Assembly: GCA_051313645.2 (NCBI GenBank)
Contig: JBNRSN020000012.1
Coordinates: forward strand, 142,786,001-142,850,000
From: Centroscyllium fabricii
Lineage: Eukaryota
DNA: 64,000 nt
Direction of reading: 5' to 3'
Made by a program: the position numbers and the translations under genes
Notes under the pieces: model-generated
Seen by the model: the letters and a program-made list of their open reading frames with translations, nothing else
Database searches by the model: none
Told to the model about the DNA's origin: nothing
Part shown: positions 38,022 through 47,625 of the stretch, one piece after another
Numbering within the stretch: the stretch's first letter is position 1
How the letters are laid out: each line of letters opens with the position of its first letter

Positions 38022-38341
38022 GGCCCACTTCAAGTATTACTCAATAGCTAAGGAAATCAGGAGTGATTATTTGGGTCTTACCAGTGTACAAACTCAGTGG
38101 GGTGGAATTGCCTGTTACATGCGTAACTCACTTGCTCCCAATTTTCCTCGATCTTTTACGCTGTGTATTTGCTTTATTCCCCGATTACGCATGTCTCTTA
38201 GCACAAATACACAGGAAATTCCATCCCACTTTATCAGACTCACTATTGTGCTTTCCATATGTCACAGATCAGACACAGAAATTAGCGCCTTTAAAAAAAT
38301 TATGTTTAGTGTTGAAACCACTTACATATTAAATACATATT

Positions 38342-39259
38342 GGGCCCTGTCTTCCTGTGCTCCAGAAGAGCTGCCCCCCCACGAAAATGCTTCGTGGGGA
38401 GGCAGCTCAGGTGCTTACCAGAAACGTGAACTTCCTGAGCTGATGGGCAAGGGGCTTCAGCTTCCTCCCCACGAAGCACTTTGAGCTGCAGACTTCCTGT
38501 ACTCTGCTGCTCAAAATTCAGGTGTACAACGTGGGGAAGCCGCCATTTTTCTGCCCACGTAAAAAGGAGTCGTAACAGAGTGCAGGCAGGTTTGAAAAGT
38601 GGAAAAAACAGGTTTAAAGTTTTTTTTAAATTATTCCTTTGGAGATATTTGTTTGTGGTCTTACAGCTTGTGATTGTGAAGGTTTATATATATTTTGGTG
38701 ATAGTTAAAAAAATCGGGAATTTGAACGCGATCTCAGATTTAAGTTTGTAGGAAGCTGGTCTTACAGCTTGTAAATCTGATGGTTTATATATTTTTTGGT
38801 GATAGTTCAAAAATCGGCGATTTCAACCCGCTCACAGCTCTCCGCTCACAGCTCTCCGCTCTCCGCTCACAGCTCTCAGCTGGCATCGCGTTGAAATCGC
38901 CGATTTTTTAACTATCACCAAAAAATATATAAACCATCAGATTTACAAGCTGTAAGACCAGCTTCCTACAAACTTAAAAAAAACAAAGAAAAAGTTGTTC
39001 CTAACCTGATCTTTTCTTTAGTTGAACACTTGATCTGTGCGTTCTGTGGGGGCGTGGTCTCAAAAAGCCGACCTCAGGGGGTGTGTCCTGCACCCGACCA
39101 ACGCACAAAGCACTACGCACGAAAAAAAAACAGACCCCTCCACACGAAAAAAAATCGACATTTCACACAGGAAGTCCAGCAGATAAAAATTTAAAAAATC
39201 TCGGACGGGTGCAAATCTGCACGCACCCGCAGCAATCAGGCCACAGGAAGACAGGGCCC
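38342..39259. mobile_element. MITE, TIR GGGCCCTGTCTTCCTGTG, with internal hairpin
   Basis: Perfect 18-bp TIR; related to 50576-51476. Confidence 0.85.
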
Positions 39260-39861
39260 AATATTCTGTTCTCTTTAAATAAATGTAGATGTACAGACTT
39301 TGTTTTATTTCTTATGATTCTCGTACTGTCTTATTTTGTTTCTTTTGTGACAATATTTCTGTCGCATCACCCACCAGCTTTAGATAAAATGAAGGGAAAT
39401 AAAGAATACATTTTCTATTGTTTTGTTAATATGTTACTGCAGCTAATATGGAACTTCTGAAAATAAATATCCCATACCTGTTGCCAAGGTAACAATGACC
39501 CTGTATATGTGAGGAGTCAGAGAAAATACATTTAGTAATAGCTGGTCTGTTGCCTTTATTTTCCAGAGTTGCCTAATTGTTGTAATTTTGTGATAGTATA
39601 TAATTGCGACACATGCATTACTTGGTAATTGTCCTGTACTTTCAAAATATTAGACGAGATGGGGTGGCAACCCTAGCCATCATAAACCACATATTTCTAT
39701 ATACATGACAATGGAATATATTTGTCTAGAGAAAAAGAACTTATATTTGTAGTGTGCTTGATCACGTGCTCAGGACATCAGCACTTCACAAACAACAAAC
39801 TACCCCTGAAGTACAGTCACTGTTATTATGCCAACAAATGCAACAGCCAATTTGCACACAT

Positions 39862-40215
39862 CAAGGAACAGCACCTCATCTTTGATTCAGCACTTTACAG
39901 CCTTCTGGACTCAACACTGAGTTCAACAATTTCAGACCATAACCTCTGCCCCCATTTTTTTCAGGCGGCAGCTGTTGATGATTCTGCCATCCCCATTTGC
40001 AACATTTAATCTCTCCTGCCTTCCACCCTATCACAGACCGGCCCTTCCATTCTTTCCTCCCCACCCCTTTCCCCGTCTCTGCACCTGCTTAAAACCTGTT
40101 ATATCCCTAACATTTTCCAGTTCTGATGAAGGGTCACAGACCTGAAACATTAACTATTTTTGTCTCTCCACGGATGCTGCCTGGCCTGCTGAGTGTTTCC
40201 AGCATTTTCTGTTGT
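39862..40215 (+). mobile_element. Penelope-like family 2 3' end (GIY-YIG C-terminus remnant plus pLTR)
   Basis: EQHLIF..TLQPSGLNTEFNNF-like coding remnant followed by a hammerhead motif. Confidence 0.75.
40119..40155 (+). ncRNA. Minimal hammerhead ribozyme motif (family 2)
   Basis: AGTT-CTGATGA-A-GGGTC aca GACCT-GAAA-CA-TT-AACT. Confidence 0.7.
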
Positions 40216-40325
40216 TATCCCACAAAAATAAACTGATTGACCAGTTAATCTGCTTTTGGTGGTGTTGGTTGGAGGAGGAATGGTGGTCCAGCACCACCAA
40301 AGGGTAGCATCAAAGATAAATAAAA

Positions 40326-40636
40326 GGGCGGCACGGTGGCATAGTGGTTAGCACTGTTGCCTCACAGCTCTGGAGACCCAGGTTCAAATCCGGCCTCGGG
40401 TGACTATCTGTGTGGAGTTTGCACATTCTCCCCGTGTCTGCGTGGATTTCAGCCGGGTGCTCCAGTTTCCTCCCACAGTCCAAAGATGTGCGGGTTAGGT
40501 TGATTGGCCATGATAAATTGACCCTTAGTGTTAGGGGGATTGAATATGTGGGGTTACGGGGATAGGGTGGGACATGTGTCGGTGCAGGCTCAATGGGCCG
40601 AAATGCCCTCTATCTACACTGTAGGGATTGTATGAT
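40326..40636 (+). mobile_element. tRNA-derived V-SINE (HE1-like)
   Basis: A box TGGCATAGTGG, B box GGTTCAAATCC, V-domain TGTGTGGAGTTTGCACATTCTCCCCGTGTCTGCGTGG. Confidence 0.85.
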
Positions 40637-40659
40637 TGGTAGGGGTGTATTACAGACCT

Positions 40660-40807
40660 CCAAATTGTGGGAAGGGAATCAAGGGATATGGTGATTAGGC
40701 GGGAAAGTGGAGTTGATGTAGAAGATCAGCAATGATCTTATTGAATGGTGGAGCAGGCTTGAGGGACCATATGGCCTACTCCTGCTCCTATTCCTTATGT
40801 TCTTATG
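40660..40807 (+). mobile_element. CR1 LINE 3' end
   Basis: TGGCCTACTCCTGCTCCTATT..TTATGTTCTTATG tail. Confidence 0.75.
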
Positions 40808-41034
40808 AAATGGAAGAGAAAACTTGCAGTCAGGTTGGAGCGATGAGCAGAAATAACAAAATTTTTCTTCTGGGAGATTTTAATTATCCACTTATCTATT
40901 GAGACAGAGAAAGAATTAATGGGAAAAGGGAATGGAATTCCTAGAATGTTTAAACAGAACCATTTAGTAATACTAAACAATGTAAGAAGTCACACAACAC
41001 CAGGTTATATATAGTCCAACAGTTTTATTTGAAA

Positions 41035-41071
41035 TCACAAGCTTTCGGAGCGCTGCTCCTTCATCAGGTGA
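41035..41071 (-). ncRNA. Minimal hammerhead ribozyme motif, consensus core
   Basis: Minus strand TCAC-CTGATGA-A-GGAGC agc GCTCC-GAAA-GC-TT-GTGA. Confidence 0.78.
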
Positions 41072-41260
41072 ATTGAAGAGATGCACATAGACACAGCATA
41101 TATAGTCAGAAAACAAAGCTAGATGAGTACAGGTAACTTTTCTAACTGCCCCTTATCACACCTCGGCAGAGAGATAATCACCGCAGTTAGAAAAATTACC
41201 TGTAATCATCTAGCATTGTTTTCTGACTATATATGCTGTGCCTATATGCATCTCTTCACT

Positions 41261-41297
41261 TCACCTGACGAAGGAGCAGCACTCCGAAAGCTTGTTA
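41261..41297 (+). ncRNA. Minimal hammerhead ribozyme motif, two stem mismatches
   Basis: TCAC-CTGACGA-A-GGAGC agc ACTCC-GAAA-GC-TT-GTTA. Confidence 0.65.
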
Positions 41298-41857
41298 TTT
41301 CAAATAAAAATGTTGGACTATAACCTGGTGTTGTGTGACTTCTTACATTTGTCCACCCCAGTCCAACACCGGCCCCTCCACATCATGGCTACTAAGCAAT
41401 GTGGCAAAGAGACCTGTCAAAGAACAAGAAGTTGGTTAATGTTTTTATTTTTCTTGGTCCTTACTGTATAAATGTACTCCCTAAAATATAGAAGATTATC
41501 TAGTTAATATTATAGGCAAGAACTTTGTAAAAGGCAGCATAATTTGTATTTTTTTTTACTTCAGTTATATATTACACTTCTACACTGGCCTCAATGAAAC
41601 CGCATCATTGGCCGACGAAAATGAAATTACACCCAGGAGAGAGTGAGGTGAGTGACAAAGAGGAAAGCACATCACAGAGTGAATTAGTAATGGAGTGAGC
41701 GCTTTCACCCGAGTCAGTAGGTTATGTGATCACACCCTGTTACAGACTTCAGCACATAAACTAGGCTGACACTTCAGTGCAATACTAAGGAAGTGTTGCA
41801 TTGGTGGAGGTGCCATCTTTCAGATCACGCATTAAACCGCAGACCCTGAAAAGATAC

Positions 41858-42119
41858 TGTGATAAACTGTATATCACTGTAATACCATGTAACACCTGTA
41901 TAGCACTGTAATACCATGTAACACCTGTATGAGATCCCAGGGACATACCTGGCGCCGCCCATGACTCCTCCCCCACTGGAGGAGGTATATAAAGGACTGT
42001 CCCCATCCCCCGCACTATTCTGGGGACAGTCAGCTCGGTTGTGTATCTCTAACGTAGTTAATAAAAGCCTGATTATTATAACCTACTATTCGACTCCGAA
42101 GACGTTATTGACGGTTACA
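41858..42119 (+). repeat. 5' LTR
   Basis: TG..CA, internal 28-bp tandem duplication, TATATAAA near 41987, AATAAA 42060-42065. Confidence 0.97.
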
Positions 42120-42138
42120 ATTTTATTAACTACTTGAA

Positions 42139-45100
42139 ATGGATACTTCAATGTTGAAACCATCAGTGTTCGAGGTTGACCCCCGATCGCCTGGAGCATC
42201 AAACGCTTTCTCACACTGGCGAAATGTACTGGAAGGATACATTAGAGCCAACGCAGCGGACATAATGACCGAGGAGCAAAAACGACGGCTCCTCCACGCC
42301 CGGGTGGGCCCGCAAGTATACTCGATGATAGTGGACGCCTCATCATTCCAAGAAGCCCTCAGGACCCTCGACGGGGAATACAATCGGGCGCCAAACAGAG
42401 TCCACGCGAGGCACATACTGGCCACCCGAAAACAACAGGACAACGAATCAAGTGTGCAGTTTCTAAGAGCCCTCAGAACCCTGGCACGGGACTGTGACTG
42501 CAGAGCGCAAACGGCCCTAGTACATATGGAGAGTCTTATCAGGGATGCCTATGTAACAGGCCTAAAATCGGACTATGCTAGACAAAGACTGCTAGAACAG
42601 AATGGCCAGGACTTACAGGCCACTATCGATTTGGGACATGCGCTAGATAGCGCCTCTACGGATTTATCATCCTATTCTACCAACTACACGGGCCCAGCCC
42701 CGCAATCTTGGACAGTACGGGCGCAAAGACCGTCAGAGGAACTTCTCACAGCGGCCCACGCTAAAGCGAAATGTTACTTCTGTGGTCAACCACAGCATCT
42801 AAGACGCAGCTGCCCCGCCAGAGAAGCGATCTGCTCCAAGTGTGACAAAAAGGGACACTATGCAAAGGTCTGCAAAGGCCCATATGTTAAATCAAGACTG
42901 GGCAGCGCTGCCTGTGGAACAAGGGAACAGCAGGCTCGCCCATCCCCCACCCAGCAGCTCTCAAGGCAGCAGCAGCACCCATCCCCCACTCAACAGTACA
43001 GCACATGGCGGCAGCCATCCCAGGAAACTGACCTGGAGGACTACTCTCCGGATCAAAATAACTACTCTCCGGACCAAGATAACTACTCTCCGGATCAAGA
43101 CTTTGGGGAGGACCCGGTACTAGCATCCATGAGCCTAGACCAGAAGACAATCCAGCCACTGGGGAGATCAATGATGCCGGTGGAAGTTAACGGTGAAGAG
43201 GTGGTGTGCCTGTTCGACAGCGGGAGCACAGTAAGTTTTGTCCATAAGAATACTGTTAAGCGCCTCTCTCTTAAAGTAATCCCTGCGCGCCAGAGAATAT
43301 CTATGGCGTCAAAGTCAGAATCCGCTGACGTCACCGGGCGCTGTAGTGTAACTCTAAACGTAAAGGGGGCAATCTTTAACAAGTTTAGTTTTTACGTGCT
43401 GCCGCAGCTCTGCGCCCCCCTACTCCTGGGACTGGATTTCCAGTGCCACCTTCAGAGCGTTACGATGGCTTTCGGTGGACCCCTCCCTCCCCTCACGGTC
43501 ACAAACCGCGGCTCAAAGCGGCATCCCCAGTATACTACCTGCGGCCTCTCAACCCTTAAGGTTGCCCCTCCATCCCTCTTTGCTAACCTCACCCCAGACT
43601 GTAAGCCCGTCGCCACCAAGAGTAGGCGCTACAGTGCTGGGGACAGGGCATTTATAAAATCCGAGGTGCAGCGCCTCCTAAAAGAAGGGGTCATAGAGGC
43701 CAGCAATAGCCCTTGGAGAGCACAGGTAGTCGTGGTGAAAACCGAGGAGAAGAATAGGATGGTAGTGGATTACAGCCAGACCATAAACCGGTTCACCCAG
43801 TTAGATGCCTACCCCCTCCCCCGGATAGCAGACATGGTGAACCAAATCGCACAGTTTAAAGTATTTTCAACCATCGACCTAAAATCTGCCTATCACCAGC
43901 TTCCCATCCGCCCACAGGACCGTCTGTATACTGCTTTCGAGGCTGACGGCCGCCTCTACCACTTCCTTAGGGTGCCGTTCGGAGTCACGAACGGGGTCTC
44001 GGTCTTCCAAAGGGAGATGGACCGAATGGTTGATCGGTACGGGCTGCGAGCGACCTTCCCGTACCTCGATAATGTGACCATCTGCGGCCATGACCAGCAG
44101 GACCATGACACCAACCTCCAAAAATTTCTCCACACCGCCAAAACCCTGAACCTCACGTATAATAAGGAGAAATGTGTGTTTAACACCGGCCGCCTCGCCA
44201 TCCTCGGCAACGTGGTGGAAAATGGAGTCATCGGTCCAGACCCGGACCGCATGCGCCCCCTCATGGAGCTTCCCCTCCCCCACTCCCCCAAATCTCTTAA
44301 ACGGATTTTGGGATTCTTCGCTTATTATGCCCAGTGGGTCCCCAATTATGCGGACAAAGCTCGCCCACTATTAAAATCAACCTCTTTCCCACTTTCTGCA
44401 GAAGCCAACTCGGCATTCTGCAGAATTAAAAAGGACATAGCCAAAGCCACGATGCACGCGGTGGATGAGTCCGTCCCATTCCAAGTGGAAAGTGATGCAT
44501 CTGACTTTGCCCTGGCCGCCACCCTTAACCAGGCGGGCAGACCTGTGGCCTTCTTTTCACGTACCCTCCAAGGCCCAGAAACCCGCCATTCCTCAATCGA
44601 AAAGGAGGCCCAAGCAATTGTTGAAGCAGTGCGGCATTGGAAGCACTACCTGGCCGGAAAGCGTTTTACCCTGCTGACTGACCAACGCTCAGTCGCTTTC
44701 ATGTTCAACAACAAAGAGCGGGGTAAGATCAAGAACGACAAAATATTAAGGTGGAGAATTGAACTATCAGCGTTCAATTATGATATTTTGTATCGGCCCG
44801 GGAAATTTAACGAACCCCCAGATGCCCTATCCCGCGGTACCTGTGCCAGCGCACAGGCTGACCGTCTCCAAACCCTTCACAACGACCTCTGCCACCCGGG
44901 GGTCACCAGGTTGGTTCACTTCGTGAAGTCCCGCAACCTCCCCTACTCCATCGAAGAAGTCAAGACCATGACTAGCAACTGCCAGGTCTGCGCGGAGTGC
45001 AAGCCGCACTTCTACCGGCCCGACCGGGCGCACTTAATCAAGGCCACCCGCCCCTTTGAACGACTCAGCGTCGATTTTAAAGGGCCCCTTCCCTCAGCCA

Positions 45101-45978
45101 ACAGGAACGTCTATTTCCTCAACGTTATAGATGAGTACTCCCGTTTCCCCTTCGCCATCCCCTGCCAGGACATGACCTCCGCCACTGTTATCAAAGCCCT
45201 CAGTAGCATCTTCTCCCTGTTCGGGTACCCGAACTATATCCATAGTGACCGGGGGGCCTCTTTTATGAGCGACGAGCTGCGTCAGTTTCTGCTAGCAAAA
45301 GGCATTGCAACTAGCAGGACCACCAGCTACAACCCCCGGGGGAACGGGCAGGTAGAGAGAGAGAACGCCACGGTCTGGAAAGCCATCCAGTTAGCCCTAA
45401 AGTCAAAAGACCTCCCAGTCACCCGATGGCAGGACGTTCTCCCTGAAGCACTCCACTCTATCCGGTCCCTATTGTGTACTGCCACTAACGCCACCCCTCA
45501 CGAAAGACTTTTTGCCTTCCCCAGGAAGTCAGCTTCCGGGACCTCGCTACCATCGTGGCTGCTATCTCCGGGACCGGTCCTGCTGCGGAAGCATGTGAGG
45601 GGACACAAGGCAGATCCCCTAGTCGAACGGGTCCACCTCCTGCACGCCAATCCCCAGTACGCTTACATAACGTACCCCGACGGGAGGGAGGACACCGTGT
45701 CCATAAAGGACCTAGCCCCAGCAGGGATCCCCAAAACCAGCCCGGCCAGGCAGCCCGAGCTCCCAAAACCCCCTGTGACGCCCCCCGAGCCACCGAAGTC
45801 GAAGTACACGCTCCGACACGTGGGCCCAGTACCCCAGTATGTCCACAAGGCACCTGCGCGCAGCACGACCCAGCCCCCAAGCCTGGATCCACAATGCGCT
45901 CCCCCTAGAGCCAGAGGACGAAAGAGAGAGCGCGCCCCCTGCTGTCGAAATAAGGGCATCACCGCCACCCGGAAGTGA
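42139..45978 (+). CDS. Gag-Pol polyprotein, 1279 aa (double CCHC, PR DSG, RT, RNase H, integrase)
   Basis: CYFC..H..C and CSKC..H..C, LFDSGS, YLDN, SDASD, HHCC, DDE; the conserved RRSAR..PPERL tail lies in another frame (to 46162). Confidence 0.95.
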   Translation: MDTSMLKPSVFEVDPRSPGASNAFSHWRNVLEGYIRANAADIMTEEQKRRLLHARVGPQVYSMIVDASSFQEALRTLDGEYNRAPNRVHARHILATRKQQDNESSVQFLRALRTLARDCDCRAQTALVHMESLIRDAYVTGLKSDYARQRLLEQNGQDLQATIDLGHALDSASTDLSSYSTNYTGPAPQSWTVRAQRPSEELLTAAHAKAKCYFCGQPQHLRRSCPAREAICSKCDKKGHYAKVCKGPYVKSRLGSAACGTREQQARPSPTQQLSRQQQHPSPTQQYSTWRQPSQETDLEDYSPDQNNYSPDQDNYSPDQDFGEDPVLASMSLDQKTIQPLGRSMMPVEVNGEEVVCLFDSGSTVSFVHKNTVKRLSLKVIPARQRISMASKSESADVTGRCSVTLNVKGAIFNKFSFYVLPQLCAPLLLGLDFQCHLQSVTMAFGGPLPPLTVTNRGSKRHPQYTTCGLSTLKVAPPSLFANLTPDCKPVATKSRRYSAGDRAFIKSEVQRLLKEGVIEASNSPWRAQVVVVKTEEKNRMVVDYSQTINRFTQLDAYPLPRIADMVNQIAQFKVFSTIDLKSAYHQLPIRPQDRLYTAFEADGRLYHFLRVPFGVTNGVSVFQREMDRMVDRYGLRATFPYLDNVTICGHDQQDHDTNLQKFLHTAKTLNLTYNKEKCVFNTGRLAILGNVVENGVIGPDPDRMRPLMELPLPHSPKSLKRILGFFAYYAQWVPNYADKARPLLKSTSFPLSAEANSAFCRIKKDIAKATMHAVDESVPFQVESDASDFALAATLNQAGRPVAFFSRTLQGPETRHSSIEKEAQAIVEAVRHWKHYLAGKRFTLLTDQRSVAFMFNNKERGKIKNDKILRWRIELSAFNYDILYRPGKFNEPPDALSRGTCASAQADRLQTLHNDLCHPGVTRLVHFVKSRNLPYSIEEVKTMTSNCQVCAECKPHFYRPDRAHLIKATRPFERLSVDFKGPLPSANRNVYFLNVIDEYSRFPFAIPCQDMTSATVIKALSSIFSLFGYPNYIHSDRGASFMSDELRQFLLAKGIATSRTTSYNPRGNGQVERENATVWKAIQLALKSKDLPVTRWQDVLPEALHSIRSLLCTATNATPHERLFAFPRKSASGTSLPSWLLSPGPVLLRKHVRGHKADPLVERVHLLHANPQYAYITYPDGREDTVSIKDLAPAGIPKTSPARQPELPKPPVTPPEPPKSKYTLRHVGPVPQYVHKAPARSTTQPPSLDPQCAPPRARGRKRERAPCCRNKGITATRK

Positions 45979-46291
45979 CATAACCACCACCAGCCAACCA
46001 GCAGAAAAGGAACAACCGACGCAACCAGCCACTCCACGACAACGAACACCACAGGCACCGCCAGCACGGCAAGCCACTCCACGACAACGAACACCACAGG
46101 CACCACCAGCGCTGCGAAGATCAGCGCGGACAACGAAACCGCCTGAAAGACTAAACATATAGTCAAAAGAACATTAATTGTATATATTTTGTTAATGAGC
46201 ACCGTGTAATTAGTTGTTTTTTCTTTTTCCTTTTTGTACCCCCCGTGTGTTGTTCACCCCACCGTACTTTGGTTTTTAAAGAAGGGGTGAA

Positions 46292-46553
46292 TGTGATAAA
46301 CTGTATATCACTGTAATACCATGTAACACCTGTATAGCACTGTAATACCATGTAACACCTGTATGAGATCCCAGGGACATACCTGGCGCCGCCCATGACT
46401 CCTCCCCCACTGGAGGAGGTATATAAAGGACTGTCCCCATCCCCCGCACTATTCTGGGGACAGTCAGCTCGGTTGTGTATCTCTAACGTAGTTAATAAAA
46501 GCCTGATTATTATAACCTACTATTCGACTCCGAAGACGTTATTGACGGTTACA
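46292..46553 (+). repeat. 3' LTR
   Basis: Copy of 41858-42119. Confidence 0.97.
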
Positions 46554-46566
46554 GATACCATGGCAC

Positions 46567-46972
46567 ATAGAAACATAGAAACATAGAAGATAGGAGCAGG
46601 AGTAGGCCATTCGGCCCTTCGAGCCTGCTCCGCCATTCAATGAGATCATGGCTGATCATCCAAACCCAGTACCCTGTCCCTGCCTTGTCCCCATATCCCT
46701 CGATCCCTATCGAGCCTGCACCGACACATATCCCACCCTATCCCCGTAACCCCATATATTCAATCCCCCTAACACTAAGGGTCAATTTATCATGGCCAAT
46801 CAACCTAACCTGCACATCTTTGGACTGTGGGAGGAAACCGGAGCACCCGGAGGAAACCCACGCCGACACGGGGAGAATGTGCAAACTCCACACAGATAGT
46901 ACCCGAGGCTGGATTTGAACCCGGGTCTCTAGTGCTGTAAGGCAACAGTGCTAACCACTATGCCACCGTGCC
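46567..46972 (-). mobile_element. V-SINE (HE1-like) with CR1-derived tail
   Basis: tRNA head at right, V-domain, (TTTCTATG)n tail; short GCAC duplication. Confidence 0.85.
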
Positions 46973-46984
46973 GCACTATTCAAA

Positions 46985-47625
46985 AGAACATAAGAACATA
47001 AGAAATAGGAGCAGGAGTAGGCCAATCGGCCCTTCGAGCCCGCCCCGCCATTCAATAAGATCATGGCTGATCTGATCCTAACAACCAACCGACTATCACA
47101 GAAGCATTTCCTGCATCCAACAGAATTCGACACAGGAAATAGGAGCAGGATCAGGCCCGCTCCAGTACCCACAGGGCCATGACCGATCTGAACCTAGACT
47201 CATGTCCAAGTTCCTGCCTGCTCCCCGTAACCTTTAATCCCTTTTTACTACTAGGAAACTGTCTATTTCTGTTTTAAATTTATGTAATGAAGTAGCTTCT
47301 TCAGCTTTTTGGGGCAGCATGTTCCATGGACCTACTACCCTCTGAGTGAAGTAGTTTCTCCTCATCTCAGTTTTGAAAGAGCAGCCCCTTATTCCAAGTT
47401 TATGCCCCCTAGTTCTAGTTTCACCCATCATTGGGAACATCTTCCCCGCATCCACCCGATCCAACCCCTTCATAATCTTATATGTTTCAATAAGATCTCC
47501 CTTCATTCTTCTGAACTCCAATGAGTAGAGTCCCAATCTACTCAACCTCTCCTCATATGTCCAACCCCTCATCCCTGGGATTAACTGAGTGAACCGTCTT
47601 TGTACTGACTCGATAGCGAGTATGA
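46985..47625 (-). mobile_element. CR1 LINE 3' fragments (two tails)
   Basis: YEERLSRLGLYSLEFRRMKGDLIETYKI...TRGH. Confidence 0.85.

Larger units (their letters stand above)
40981..41389. mobile_element. Palindromic non-coding Penelope-like insert (two inverted pLTR arms)
   Basis: Arms about 40979-41149 and 41183-41349, 33-bp spacer, 3' extension on the right arm only; TSD TACTAAACAATGT / TACTAAGCAATGT. Confidence 0.88.
41858..46553 (+). mobile_element. Young full-length Ty3/Gypsy LTR retrotransposon (YLDN family, Mag-like Gag)
   Basis: Two 262-bp LTRs with no difference seen, 5-bp TSD GATAC, PPT AAAGAAGGGGTGAA, single gag-pol ORF. Confidence 0.97.
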
